Source: a virus (Duplodnaviria > Caudoviricetes). From it: a stretch of DNA of 41,176 nucleotides. Below are positions 16,104 to 24,122 of the stretch, one piece after another (positions within the stretch are counted from its first letter, which is position 1; the number at the start of each line of letters is the position of its first letter). The stretch is taken from positions 1 through 41,176 of the IMG/VR virus record IMGVR_UViG_3300002307_000101. One strand, given 5' to 3'. The translations under genes were made by a program, and so were the position numbers. A model generated the notes under the pieces. The model was given only the letters and a program-made list of their open reading frames with translations, ran no database searches and was not told where the DNA came from.

Positions 16104-19100
16104 TCGCCTTCTCCCGCTGTAAGTGCTGCACGCCCTTCTTCTCCCGGGCTTTCTCCATGTTGTCTTTCATCGCCCTGAACGCCACGGGGTCTGCGCCGCG
16201 CATGCCTGTTGGGTTGCTCCCCAGTATATGCTCCGTCGGGGAAATAGCAGTACCTTTCTTTCGTGAAGCTATGGTGTTCAAACTTATAGGCGTGAGCGAC
16301 TTGGCGACGAACTCCGCGTACGCCTTCGCACCCTGGGGGGCTTGCTTCTCGAACTGATAAGATATGGGGTCGCCCCGCCAATCAGCGTTGTTAGCCATCT
16401 GCCATGCAATCTTCCACACAGGTGCGAGCTTATTCTGAAGCTCCTGCAAGGGGTCTTCCTGATAGTTTATTACATCCTTCATCTGGCTGGGTAGCGCCAA
16501 TCTCTCAGGGACTTTATGTGCGTACTTAGTACCGGCGCTCTCGGTAACTTCCCCGCCCGTGCGCGGGTATACTAAGTCTTGCGGTGCCTGCGGTGCCTGC
16601 CCCGTCTTCATATATTGATACATCGAAGCATTAAGCATGTGTGCTATCGGCGCGCCGATGACGTATTTCGCGCGCGGGGTAAGTTCCCCCGTACCTGCTA
16701 CGAAGTTGCTGAGGTCTTTTGTACCGCCGACCATTTCGCGCGCGGTGCCTACATCCCACCCGACCGACAGCACCATGAGTTGTAGTGCTTGCTTTAACTT
16801 CTTATCCCAAAATATATTGTCCTGAATCATTTCCCCGAAGCGATTGTCGGTGCTGTCCACTATATCGCGGGTAGCTTTAAGTATCTCTTCCTCGGAAGCA
16901 TTAGGGTGGGTGCGCAGGAAGTCCACCACGCCGTCGTAATTAACAGCGTTCTTCATTTGGGGCACGGCCTTAGCAAACAACGGATACGCAACAGTGTCCA
17001 TGAGCCTACCAACATTAGTCGCGAAGAAACCAAATGTCTTCGCGGCTCCCGCTGGTATTGAGCCTGAGTCCTTTATGTCTTTCAGTCCTGACGTGAACTC
17101 AGCTTTCAGTGTCCCCTTCTTCCACGCCTCCCAGAAGTTATTGGACTCCGACGCCTTCAACGTCTTATCTATGCCGGTCATCCTTCCGCCTGCACGAGTA
17201 ATATAGTCAACCACCTGCTTATCTACCCCGTATAAATCCTTGCCGCCGAGATATACTTGCTCGAGCGCTTGCCCTTTTTGTAGTTGTGGGAGAACCCCCG
17301 CATAGGGCATCGCTTTTACGGCGGACTTCGCCGCGCCCGCTACGTCCCCTTTTGCCAGACGCCCCACGCCCTCGCCGAACGCGGACGCGGACAACTCGTT
17401 GGCGAGCAGCCGGTAATGGTAGCCGCTGAGGCCGAGTAGAAGTTGTGTTGGTCCGTTCACGACGGCGCGCAGACCTCGGTACAGGTCGCCTGTTGGGCCA
17501 GTGAACCCGGGGCTATAGTAGCGGTTGTATATACGTGCAACATCCTCGGGCGCGTAGGCGACGTTCAGCCCCGCGCGCAGACCTTTTTCTTTTCCTTCGT
17601 CCTCCGCTGCGTACACCACCGTGTTACCGGGGCCTTTGAGTTCTACCCACCCAGGCTCCTGTCGGCCTTTTGGGGCAAACTTCCGCAACCCCTGCTCTTT
17701 GAGGTCTGCCTGTATAGCCTTCATCGCCAGATAGTTCTGCATGTCCCCGACATAGTGCATGGTAGCATCGAGCGGGTTATCGTGCAGCGGCACAAGCCCT
17801 GCTTTTATCCCTTCCTCTATAGTGGGCAGCGAGCGCTTCTGCGTGCTCTTGCCGCTCCCGTATTTACCCACCCAATCGTTGACGAACGCCTGCGCACGCT
17901 TCGCGTCTTTCCACTGGTGGACGAAGTAGTCCTGCACAAACCCCATCTTCTCTGTAGCAGGGGAAGTCTCCAGCTTCGCGCGTACACCTTGGTATACGTC
18001 GCGCACCGTGTCGGCGGCCTTCTGTAATTTAGGGTTTGCGAGTTTCGTCCCCTTCGAGCGCGTCTCTATATAGTTAACAAAGTCACGCTGCTGTTCGGGG
18101 GGCAGAGCGTTAATCTCTCTAGATATTCCGTTCACCTGTTCCTGCGCCTGCATGGTGGCGCGCTCAGCAATACCCCTCTGCTCGCGCACAACGCCCTCGG
18201 CCACCCCCGCGTCTTTACTCATAGTCGTGGGGGAGAATATACTCTGTAGTGCCCGCGAGCCTTTCTGCAACACGCCGGGTTCTTTTTGCGGCACGCCCGT
18301 CTCGGGCGGTTTGCCTGCGGCTTTTGCCACGTCTTCGCTGTGTAGCTTGCCAGGTTCGATAGTAGTCTCTGGGGCCTGGCCGGTTTGTTTGCCCAATTTT
18401 GCGGCTTCCTCGCGGGATAGGAAGCGCCCTTTATCAGTAGTGAAGCCCTCGATTAGCGAGCCGTCTTTTTCTTTACCTACTTTGCCGTACGCCTCTGCGT
18501 GATTCTTGCCGGTGATTATTTTGTCGTCGGCCTTAACAGCGGCGGAAACTATGTTCTCAGCCTTCTCCGGCAGCACCGCGCCCGCCACGCGCCGCACCGC
18601 GCCTGTCGCAGCGCCTAATCCTGCGGGGGTGAACATCCGCACGAGGTCTACCCAGTCGGCTTTTATCTTGCCCCCTGTTGCTTCCTCGATAGGCTTGGAT
18701 ATAAAGCCATGTGTGCCCGCGAATAGCGGTGCAGTTGCGGCCTGTATAAAACCGAAGGGGCGTTTTGCCTGCGTAAGTAAAGGCGCGGGTTGGTCGGGTA
18801 CGTTCTCCATAGGAGTGCCGAGCTTGGCCGCAGACCACGCGCCTTTTACGCTAGGAACCTTAACTTCTTCGGGGTGTGTCATAGTCTGCACGCCCTGCTG
18901 GAAGTTTTCTTTGATGTACGAACCTGTGTCCTTGAATGGCTTCGTGACTCTATTATTTAGAGACGCGCCTAAGTCGCCGAGGAACGAGCCGGCTTTTGAT
19001 TCTAGGGGCTTGGCCGCTGCGGCGGGTACAAAATTTATTTTCTTATCCGGCGTAAAGTCAATAGGGTCGAGCACGTCCAGTACGTCTTTACGCGCCTGAG

Positions 19101-19131
19101 CTTGTTTGTCCGGGACAAAATTTATAGGCAT
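16084..19131 (-). CDS. Large internal virion / DNA ejection protein
   Basis: 1015 aa, largely helical; third and largest of three genes after the GNAT, as in podovirus ejectosome modules. Confidence 0.7.
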   Translation of the reverse strand: MPINFVPDKQAQARKDVLDVLDPIDFTPDKKINFVPAAAAKPLESKAGSFLGDLGASLNNRVTKPFKDTGSYIKENFQQGVQTMTHPEEVKVPSVKGAWSAAKLGTPMENVPDQPAPLLTQAKRPFGFIQAATAPLFAGTHGFISKPIEEATGGKIKADWVDLVRMFTPAGLGAATGAVRRVAGAVLPEKAENIVSAAVKADDKIITGKNHAEAYGKVGKEKDGSLIEGFTTDKGRFLSREEAAKLGKQTGQAPETTIEPGKLHSEDVAKAAGKPPETGVPQKEPGVLQKGSRALQSIFSPTTMSKDAGVAEGVVREQRGIAERATMQAQEQVNGISREINALPPEQQRDFVNYIETRSKGTKLANPKLQKAADTVRDVYQGVRAKLETSPATEKMGFVQDYFVHQWKDAKRAQAFVNDWVGKYGSGKSTQKRSLPTIEEGIKAGLVPLHDNPLDATMHYVGDMQNYLAMKAIQADLKEQGLRKFAPKGRQEPGWVELKGPGNTVVYAAEDEGKEKGLRAGLNVAYAPEDVARIYNRYYSPGFTGPTGDLYRGLRAVVNGPTQLLLGLSGYHYRLLANELSASAFGEGVGRLAKGDVAGAAKSAVKAMPYAGVLPQLQKGQALEQVYLGGKDLYGVDKQVVDYITRAGGRMTGIDKTLKASESNNFWEAWKKGTLKAEFTSGLKDIKDSGSIPAGAAKTFGFFATNVGRLMDTVAYPLFAKAVPQMKNAVNYDGVVDFLRTHPNASEEEILKATRDIVDSTDNRFGEMIQDNIFWDKKLKQALQLMVLSVGWDVGTAREMVGGTKDLSNFVAGTGELTPRAKYVIGAPIAHMLNASMYQYMKTGQAPQAPQDLVYPRTGGEVTESAGTKYAHKVPERLALPSQMKDVINYQEDPLQELQNKLAPVWKIAWQMANNADWRGDPISYQFEKQAPQGAKAYAEFVAKSLTPISLNTIASRKKGTAISPTEHILGSNPTGMRGADPVAFRAMKDNMEKAREKKGVQHLQREKANESSSN

Positions 19132-19134
19132 ACG

Positions 19135-19911
19135 CTACCGTTTCTTATATCCGGCGGATATGGCGGCCTCAAGTTGGTCAGCAGGAACAAAGCCAAGGGT
19201 CCCGTCCGGTGCGGTGACAGGAACCATATCTGCGGCGGGCGCAGCAGCTCCGCCGCCTGCGTCGGCTATAGGCTTCGTAGTTGCGGCGCCAGCGTCTTTT
19301 TTCTTCAACCCAGCGTCGGCCCTGCGCTGCTGCAATATATTGTCCGCAGCATCCAGTCGGTCTTTGAAGTCAATATACTCCGGCGTACCAGGTGCCGCCG
19401 AGCGAAGGGCGTTGCCCAGGCTCGCAATCTCGCGGGTAAGCTCGGTGTTTGTCTTGTCGTTCAGTTGGCTTTTATACTTCGCTAACCCCACACGGGCTTC
19501 GTTGTTCATCCCTGCAACGTCTTTTCGACCTTGTATCTGCTCCCCTGCAATGGCCTGCCTTGTTGACAGTGCGGATTGTGGCTGAAGCATCTTCATAGCG
19601 TCCTGTAGCGCGTAACCCTGCGCTCCGCCGCTCATGTCTTTCTGTGCCATGATAGCGCCGACGAGTCGTTGTAAATCAGTAGTAGGTGACGGCGCGCCGC
19701 CGGGCTGAGGGGTCGGAGCGGGTCCCTGTGGTGTCAGTATCCCCGACGGTGAAGTCTGGGGTTGCTGACCTCCTGAATATTGTTGGATTATCATCGCCAG
19801 CTTCGACATAGCGTCTTGCTGCTGCTTCTGCTGCGCCAGTTGCGACAGCACGTCTGTGGCGTGTGTCGCTCCTTGGAAGGCGTTGCCGAAAGCTGAACCA
19901 AAATTTGCCAT
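19135..19911 (-). CDS. Internal virion / ejection protein
   Basis: Gln/Ala/Gly-rich, 258 aa; position. Confidence 0.6.
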   Translation of the reverse strand: MANFGSAFGNAFQGATHATDVLSQLAQQKQQQDAMSKLAMIIQQYSGGQQPQTSPSGILTPQGPAPTPQPGGAPSPTTDLQRLVGAIMAQKDMSGGAQGYALQDAMKMLQPQSALSTRQAIAGEQIQGRKDVAGMNNEARVGLAKYKSQLNDKTNTELTREIASLGNALRSAAPGTPEYIDFKDRLDAADNILQQRRADAGLKKKDAGAATTKPIADAGGGAAAPAADMVPVTAPDGTLGFVPADQLEAAISAGYKKR

Positions 19912-19917
19912 AATACT

Positions 19918-20859
19918 CTACGCGAATGCTGACATTATTGCGGGGGCGTTTGCCGCTACGGTGCTAAAAAGACTACCCATGCCTGACTGGTTTGCCCCGG
20001 ACTGCGCCAAAGCGTTCTGATAGTTACCCAGAGACAGGCTAGCTTGGTTGTTCGACTGGCCAGCGGCAAGTTGTAAGTAGGACATTAAATCGTTCAAGCC
20101 CTGCGTCTGGTACGTGCCGCTACCTTGGTTGCCTAGCATCTGCATAAGATTAGTGAGCGCGGTGCTTTGGTTTCCTGTAACTGTATTAGCCGCGCTGAAC
20201 GGCACGGCACCTGCATTGTTGAACGCCTGAGCACCCGCCTCTCCTAAAGTATTCGCCTGGGTGAAGTCGCTGCCCGCGCTCTGTGTGCCTGTGGTGTAGC
20301 CGCTCAGAGCCTTAATAGCGCGGTCGAGCTGTGAGTTCTGCCAGCTCGTATCGAAGCCCGTAGTTGCTTGATTCGTAACCGACGCGCCGTAAGGGCTGTT
20401 GCCTACACCTGTCTGCGCGTTCGTCGCATTTGCACGGTCGGTAACTTGCTGGAGTAATTGCTTGTACAGCGTACTCTGTGGGTCCATACCCATATTGAGT
20501 GTCTGGTTCGCGGCGGTAAGTGCGGTGTTCCCCGCGCCTGCTAATGCCGTAGAAGCCGCCGTGTCTTGCGTTCCCACATTACCGAAAGCCGTACCCGCTG
20601 TGTTTGCTGCCGTCTGATACGCCGGGGCGTAGGGGTTATTATACTGTGAGTTGAACGTCGCCGTTGCCTGCGGAGTATACGCTGCGTAAGGGTTGTTTGC
20701 GTTGTACGCATTAACAATGCTTTGGAATGAAGTATCCGCTGCGGCGGTTCCGCCCGGCTGCCAGGTCTGTACGTTAGGGGCTGAGGGAGTGGAGCCGCCG
20801 AATATAGAGCCGCCTACCGCGCCTATGACGGGAGCTAGACTACTTACCGCACTCGGCAT
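19918..20859 (-). CDS. Internal virion / DNA pilot-like protein
   Basis: Hydrophobic Gly-rich N-terminus; Asn/Gln/Ala/Thr-rich; position. Confidence 0.62.
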   Translation of the reverse strand: MPSAVSSLAPVIGAVGGSIFGGSTPSAPNVQTWQPGGTAAADTSFQSIVNAYNANNPYAAYTPQATATFNSQYNNPYAPAYQTAANTAGTAFGNVGTQDTAASTALAGAGNTALTAANQTLNMGMDPQSTLYKQLLQQVTDRANATNAQTGVGNSPYGASVTNQATTGFDTSWQNSQLDRAIKALSGYTTGTQSAGSDFTQANTLGEAGAQAFNNAGAVPFSAANTVTGNQSTALTNLMQMLGNQGSGTYQTQGLNDLMSYLQLAAGQSNNQASLSLGNYQNALAQSGANQSGMGSLFSTVAANAPAIMSAFA

Positions 20860-20865
20860 AAAACC

Positions 20866-21321
20866 TCACAACCATTTAGAGAGTATGAACTCTGTACGCC
20901 CGTACCCTAGTTTCTTCATCAGTCTATACTGCCACGAAGACGCGGATAACGCAATATTAACCCGCTTCACTCCCTGCTTCAATAAATATATCTCGTTCTC
21001 CAGCAAGAACTCCTCCGGTGTGTCGCCCTCGCGCAGCTCTGGGTCTATATAAAAAGCATCCACGAAACCGTACAGAGTAGAACTAAAGTGCATATGGGGA
21101 TGGATAACATTAAGTATATACCCCTTCAGTACTTTATCCTTCCGAACCGTTGTTAGCCCCAGTAGCCCGGTCACTTCCATCTGGATATATTTATCCCACG
21201 ACGGGTTTAACTCCTGTTGCGTCGGGTGGTCCTTTATTACTTCTGCCCACTCCGCCGCGAACAGTGGGGGTAGTTCTGCCATACAGTGGAAGAACAACTC
21301 CTGCTGGAACGTGATACTCAT
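20866..21321 (-). CDS. GNAT-family acetyltransferase-like protein
   Basis: DAFYIDPELREG motif A-like and KKLGY motif B-like; ATG 21321 is coupled to the o-spanin stop. Confidence 0.75.
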   Translation of the reverse strand: MSITFQQELFFHCMAELPPLFAAEWAEVIKDHPTQQELNPSWDKYIQMEVTGLLGLTTVRKDKVLKGYILNVIHPHMHFSSTLYGFVDAFYIDPELREGDTPEEFLLENEIYLLKQGVKRVNIALSASSWQYRLMKKLGYGRTEFILSKWL

Positions 21322-21491
21322 TTCACGCTGCACGCGTCGTACTGACGTTCCAGCGCGCCGCAATATCCAAGAGCGTCGCCGTACGTAGTACCTGAAAATA
21401 CGGAACGCACGGGGCACTGCGCCGGGCATTTATTTGAGCAGCCGCCTAATGTCAGCAGGCATAACAGTATTAATACATTTGTCCTTATCAT
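21318..21491 (-). CDS. o-spanin (Rz1-like lipoprotein), 57 aa (not in ORF track)
   Basis: MIRTNVLILLCLLTLGG|CSNKCPAQCP...; lipobox LGGC; overlaps the 3' end of the i-spanin. Confidence 0.8.
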   Translation of the reverse strand: MIRTNVLILLCLLTLGGCSNKCPAQCPVRSVFSGTTYGDALGYCGALERQYDACSVK

Positions 21492-21681
21492 GTGTCACAG
21501 CCTTGGTAAAAGTTTGGTTGAACTTAATAATATTACTCTGGCCTTCCTGCGCGCGCTTCACCTCCGCAGCGGCAATCTCGGCGTTCTTATACCCGTCATA
21601 GATAGTGTGGCCGTGCCACCCTCCTATGATTCCCAGGAAGAATAATCCGAAGATAAGTCCTATCTGCGTGTAACCCGTCAT
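21430..21681 (-). CDS. i-spanin (Rz-like)
   Basis: N-terminal TM, helical periplasmic part, C-terminal Cys; overlapped by a lipoprotein gene. Confidence 0.75.
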   Translation of the reverse strand: MTGYTQIGLIFGLFFLGIIGGWHGHTIYDGYKNAEIAAAEVKRAQEGQSNIIKFNQTFTKAVTHDKDKCINTVMPADIRRLLK

Positions 21682-21857
21682 TTCACGTCACTCCCTTGTG
21701 CCTTACCCCAGAGGTGCGCGCCCTTACCCCCGAATATTGTACCGACGCCGACGCCGAAATCCTGCGCGGAGAACGGGACGGAGGAGCGCCATGTGAAGTA
21801 TATCAGCGCCACTACGGCGGCTATAAACATCCAGTCTGCTGCGCTCCAGTTCTTCAT
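21678..21857 (-). CDS. Putative holin, 59 aa (not in ORF track)
   Basis: MKNWSAADWMFIAAVVALIYFTWRSSVPFSAQDFGVGVGTIFGGKGAHLWGKAQGSDVK; ATGA-coupled between lysin and spanin. Confidence 0.6.
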   Translation of the reverse strand: MKNWSAADWMFIAAVVALIYFTWRSSVPFSAQDFGVGVGTIFGGKGAHLWGKAQGSDVK

Positions 21858-22252
21858 AAGGCCAGCAACACTCCCTGCGAAAGCAATACCTCATCCAGCG
21901 ACACGCCGTTCTCGTGGTGCACAATGGCGGCGACGAGGTCTTCCAATACATCGGGTATAGTCAGGTCTAGGTCTTCATCAGGAGTAACGTGCATGCGCCC
22001 GCACACATCCGATATATAAGACGCGGTGTCGTTCTCAATACCTGGTGCCCAGCGTGTGATAATGCCGCGCACCGTCGTTAAGTTATGTGTGCCAAAATAG
22101 GTCAGCAGTACCTTCGCTCCGGCACGTACGCCCTCAACCATAGTCACGAACTCTTTGAATACAGAGTCAGAACTAGGATGCGTCTCACCCTGAAACTTAT
22201 CATTGGATTGCTTCAAACCCATAGGGTTGTTTAAGTCTAGTTCCCGTGTCAT
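21854..22252 (-). CDS. Putative endolysin (NNPGN-type lysozyme-like hydrolase)
   Basis: NNPMGL...GVRA...TY...IITRWAP..ENDT..YI...HEN; lies in the lysis cassette. Confidence 0.72.
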   Translation of the reverse strand: MTRELDLNNPMGLKQSNDKFQGETHPSSDSVFKEFVTMVEGVRAGAKVLLTYFGTHNLTTVRGIITRWAPGIENDTASYISDVCGRMHVTPDEDLDLTIPDVLEDLVAAIVHHENGVSLDEVLLSQGVLLAL

Positions 22253-22755
22253 ATAAATAGCCCCGCTCCGAATACTGTGAATATTGTACCCCAGAATATA
22301 AACTCTCCCCAGCAAGTAAACTGGTCAAAGAGCGGCGACCACTTAGCAAACTTAATCACTTGCAGCCCCGCAAGATACGCCGGAACAAAGGATACCCCCG
22401 CAAGCACAGCCGGCAGTACATGCCCCTGGAGGCCGAGGAAGCACGCACCTGCGAACATAGGCGCGAAGCGGAACATGCCGACGAGGGTGAGCACGGTGTA
22501 GTTCTTTATATTGCGGTTGGCGGGCACAGAGAGGTCACACTCCGCATGATAGCCGAGGCTCGCGCCTGCGCCTGCGAGCAACATTGCAGCCAGGCAGTAA
22601 AGCGGGTTATGGTATGCAGCGAGAACCAGCATGCCGACAGGGCCTCCCCACACTAGGTAGCGCGACACGGTGTCGCCCCAAGGCTCGGCTTGCCCACGTA
22701 CGCGACCGGCGAAACCCCCGATAACAAAAAGCATGAGCAATGTAAGAATAATCAT
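22249..22755 (-). CDS. Multi-pass membrane protein
   Basis: 168 aa with about 5 hydrophobic segments. Confidence 0.75.
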   Translation of the reverse strand: MIILTLLMLFVIGGFAGRVRGQAEPWGDTVSRYLVWGGPVGMLVLAAYHNPLYCLAAMLLAGAGASLGYHAECDLSVPANRNIKNYTVLTLVGMFRFAPMFAGACFLGLQGHVLPAVLAGVSFVPAYLAGLQVIKFAKWSPLFDQFTCWGEFIFWGTIFTVFGAGLFI

Positions 22756-23006
22756 CGTGTGTCCTTTCTTACTAACGTATTAATATCCTGAGATAAGTCG
22801 TCGAGTCGGTTATGTATCCGGTTTAGCGACTCACGTACATCGGCGTTTGTGGCGTATTTTCCCGCGTCTTCGACGCGATGGGTGGTGAGTTCGCTCTGCA
22901 CAGAATCTAACTGCCCCAGAGTTCTCTTAGTAAACAACGCAAGCACAAAACCTCCTATGCCTAATAGCGACTCTATCACGGTGTGGGTTGTGTCAAGCTC
23001 AGCCAT
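22752..23006 (-). CDS. Small TM + coiled-coil protein (holin/antiholin-like)
   Basis: MAELDTTHTVIESLLGIGGFVLALF...; one TM followed by heptads. Confidence 0.6.
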   Translation of the reverse strand: MAELDTTHTVIESLLGIGGFVLALFTKRTLGQLDSVQSELTTHRVEDAGKYATNADVRESLNRIHNRLDDLSQDINTLVRKDTR

Positions 23007-23334
23007 TGTCCGCACCCACATGCGGGCGGAGGAGAGCAGCCTGTTGTTCAAGCTGGGTAAGTCGTGTGTTGTCGCCGGTAAGCAGCGCGTCGGTTAAAGC
23101 GCGTATCTTCTTGGCGTCTATCTGGAGAAGCTGTGTAGCAACGCTGGGGCCGGGGATTGGTACATCCACAGCGATAGGATTTCCATTCTCGTCGGGCACA
23201 ATGACTTTACCAGAAGCCTGCGCTTCAAAAAGCGCGCGGTAGACGTCGTCGGTAATAGCTATGGCGTCCGCCGGAGAAGCCGTGTGAATCTCTGAATCAT
23301 AGAAACCGCGTGATGAGGGTGAGTAAAATTTCAT
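22999..23334 (-). CDS. Tail fibre assembly chaperone
   Basis: YSPSSRGFY...PADAIAIT...QASGKVIVPDENGNP; directly after a fibre gene. Confidence 0.85.
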   Translation of the reverse strand: MKFYSPSSRGFYDSEIHTASPADAIAITDDVYRALFEAQASGKVIVPDENGNPIAVDVPIPGPSVATQLLQIDAKKIRALTDALLTGDNTRLTQLEQQAALLRPHVGADNG

Positions 23335-23336
23335 AA

Positions 23337-24122
23337 TTAATTACCTATCGCTACGTAACATATACCTGGCGTGGCAATATTGCTCGTTGCCTTAAAACCA
23401 GATGTGGAAATAGTCGATTGGTTTATAGCCGCGTACACATTGCCCGGGCTACCTCCGTTGGAGGTAGCCACAATCACCACAGAGTAACAAGTTGAAGGGA
23501 AGGCAAGAGGAAATGTAATAGTGCTGCCGGGATATGCTGTTGATATCACAGCGGTGCCCCACTGAATTATTAACCCGCTCGCTAGTTTTTGGTAGCCGTT
23601 GCCCGAGAGGCTGCTTGCCGGGTTTACAAACGCCGTTGTCGCTACTTTTGTTGTGCTGTCGTTCGTCGAAGGCGTGGGGGCAGTAGGCGAAACTGTGAAC
23701 GACCCGCCTCCTGTAACAGCAAGCGTGCCCGTTAGATTCATACCCGCGCCACTAGTCAATAGCCCTGACAAATTTAATGTAGTGCCCGTCACGCCGCCTG
23801 TGAACGTAGCACCCGCGAGTGCCGCTGCTCCGAGGTTAGCTAACGCCGTGGGTGCGTTCGCCACGTCCGAGAGATTAGCCGCAACGCCGAGCACCGCGAG
23901 TGCGGCACGCGCAGCAGCAGCAGTTGCGCCACTTGTGCCGCCGTACGCAATACCCAACGGAGTCGATAGCCCTGTGAGTGAAGTGATGTCAGAGTTTGCG
24001 CCGTTTGCCGCAGCGTTGGCGTTAACGTCGTTCTGTATCTGGTAGAAGTCAGCCATTACCTGCGTCGCGTCCGCAGGAGCGCCGTTCAGGAGGATGTCAG
24101 GATACGCGGACGATATACTCAT
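23337..24122 (-). CDS. Tail fibre protein
   Basis: GANSDITSL, NLSDVAN, ATTAFV, C-terminal GYQKLASGLIIQWG...FPLAFP...YVAIGN. Confidence 0.88.
   Translation of the reverse strand: MSISSAYPDILLNGAPADATQVMADFYQIQNDVNANAAANGANSDITSLTGLSTPLGIAYGGTSGATAAAARAALAVLGVAANLSDVANAPTALANLGAAALAGATFTGGVTGTTLNLSGLLTSGAGMNLTGTLAVTGGGSFTVSPTAPTPSTNDSTTKVATTAFVNPASSLSGNGYQKLASGLIIQWGTAVISTAYPGSTITFPLAFPSTCYSVVIVATSNGGSPGNVYAAINQSTISTSGFKATSNIATPGICYVAIGN

Noticed and set aside
21322-21429. N-terminal extension of the GNAT ORF given in the track
   Set aside because: This region is better explained by the o-spanin in another frame, whose stop is coupled to ATG 21321.
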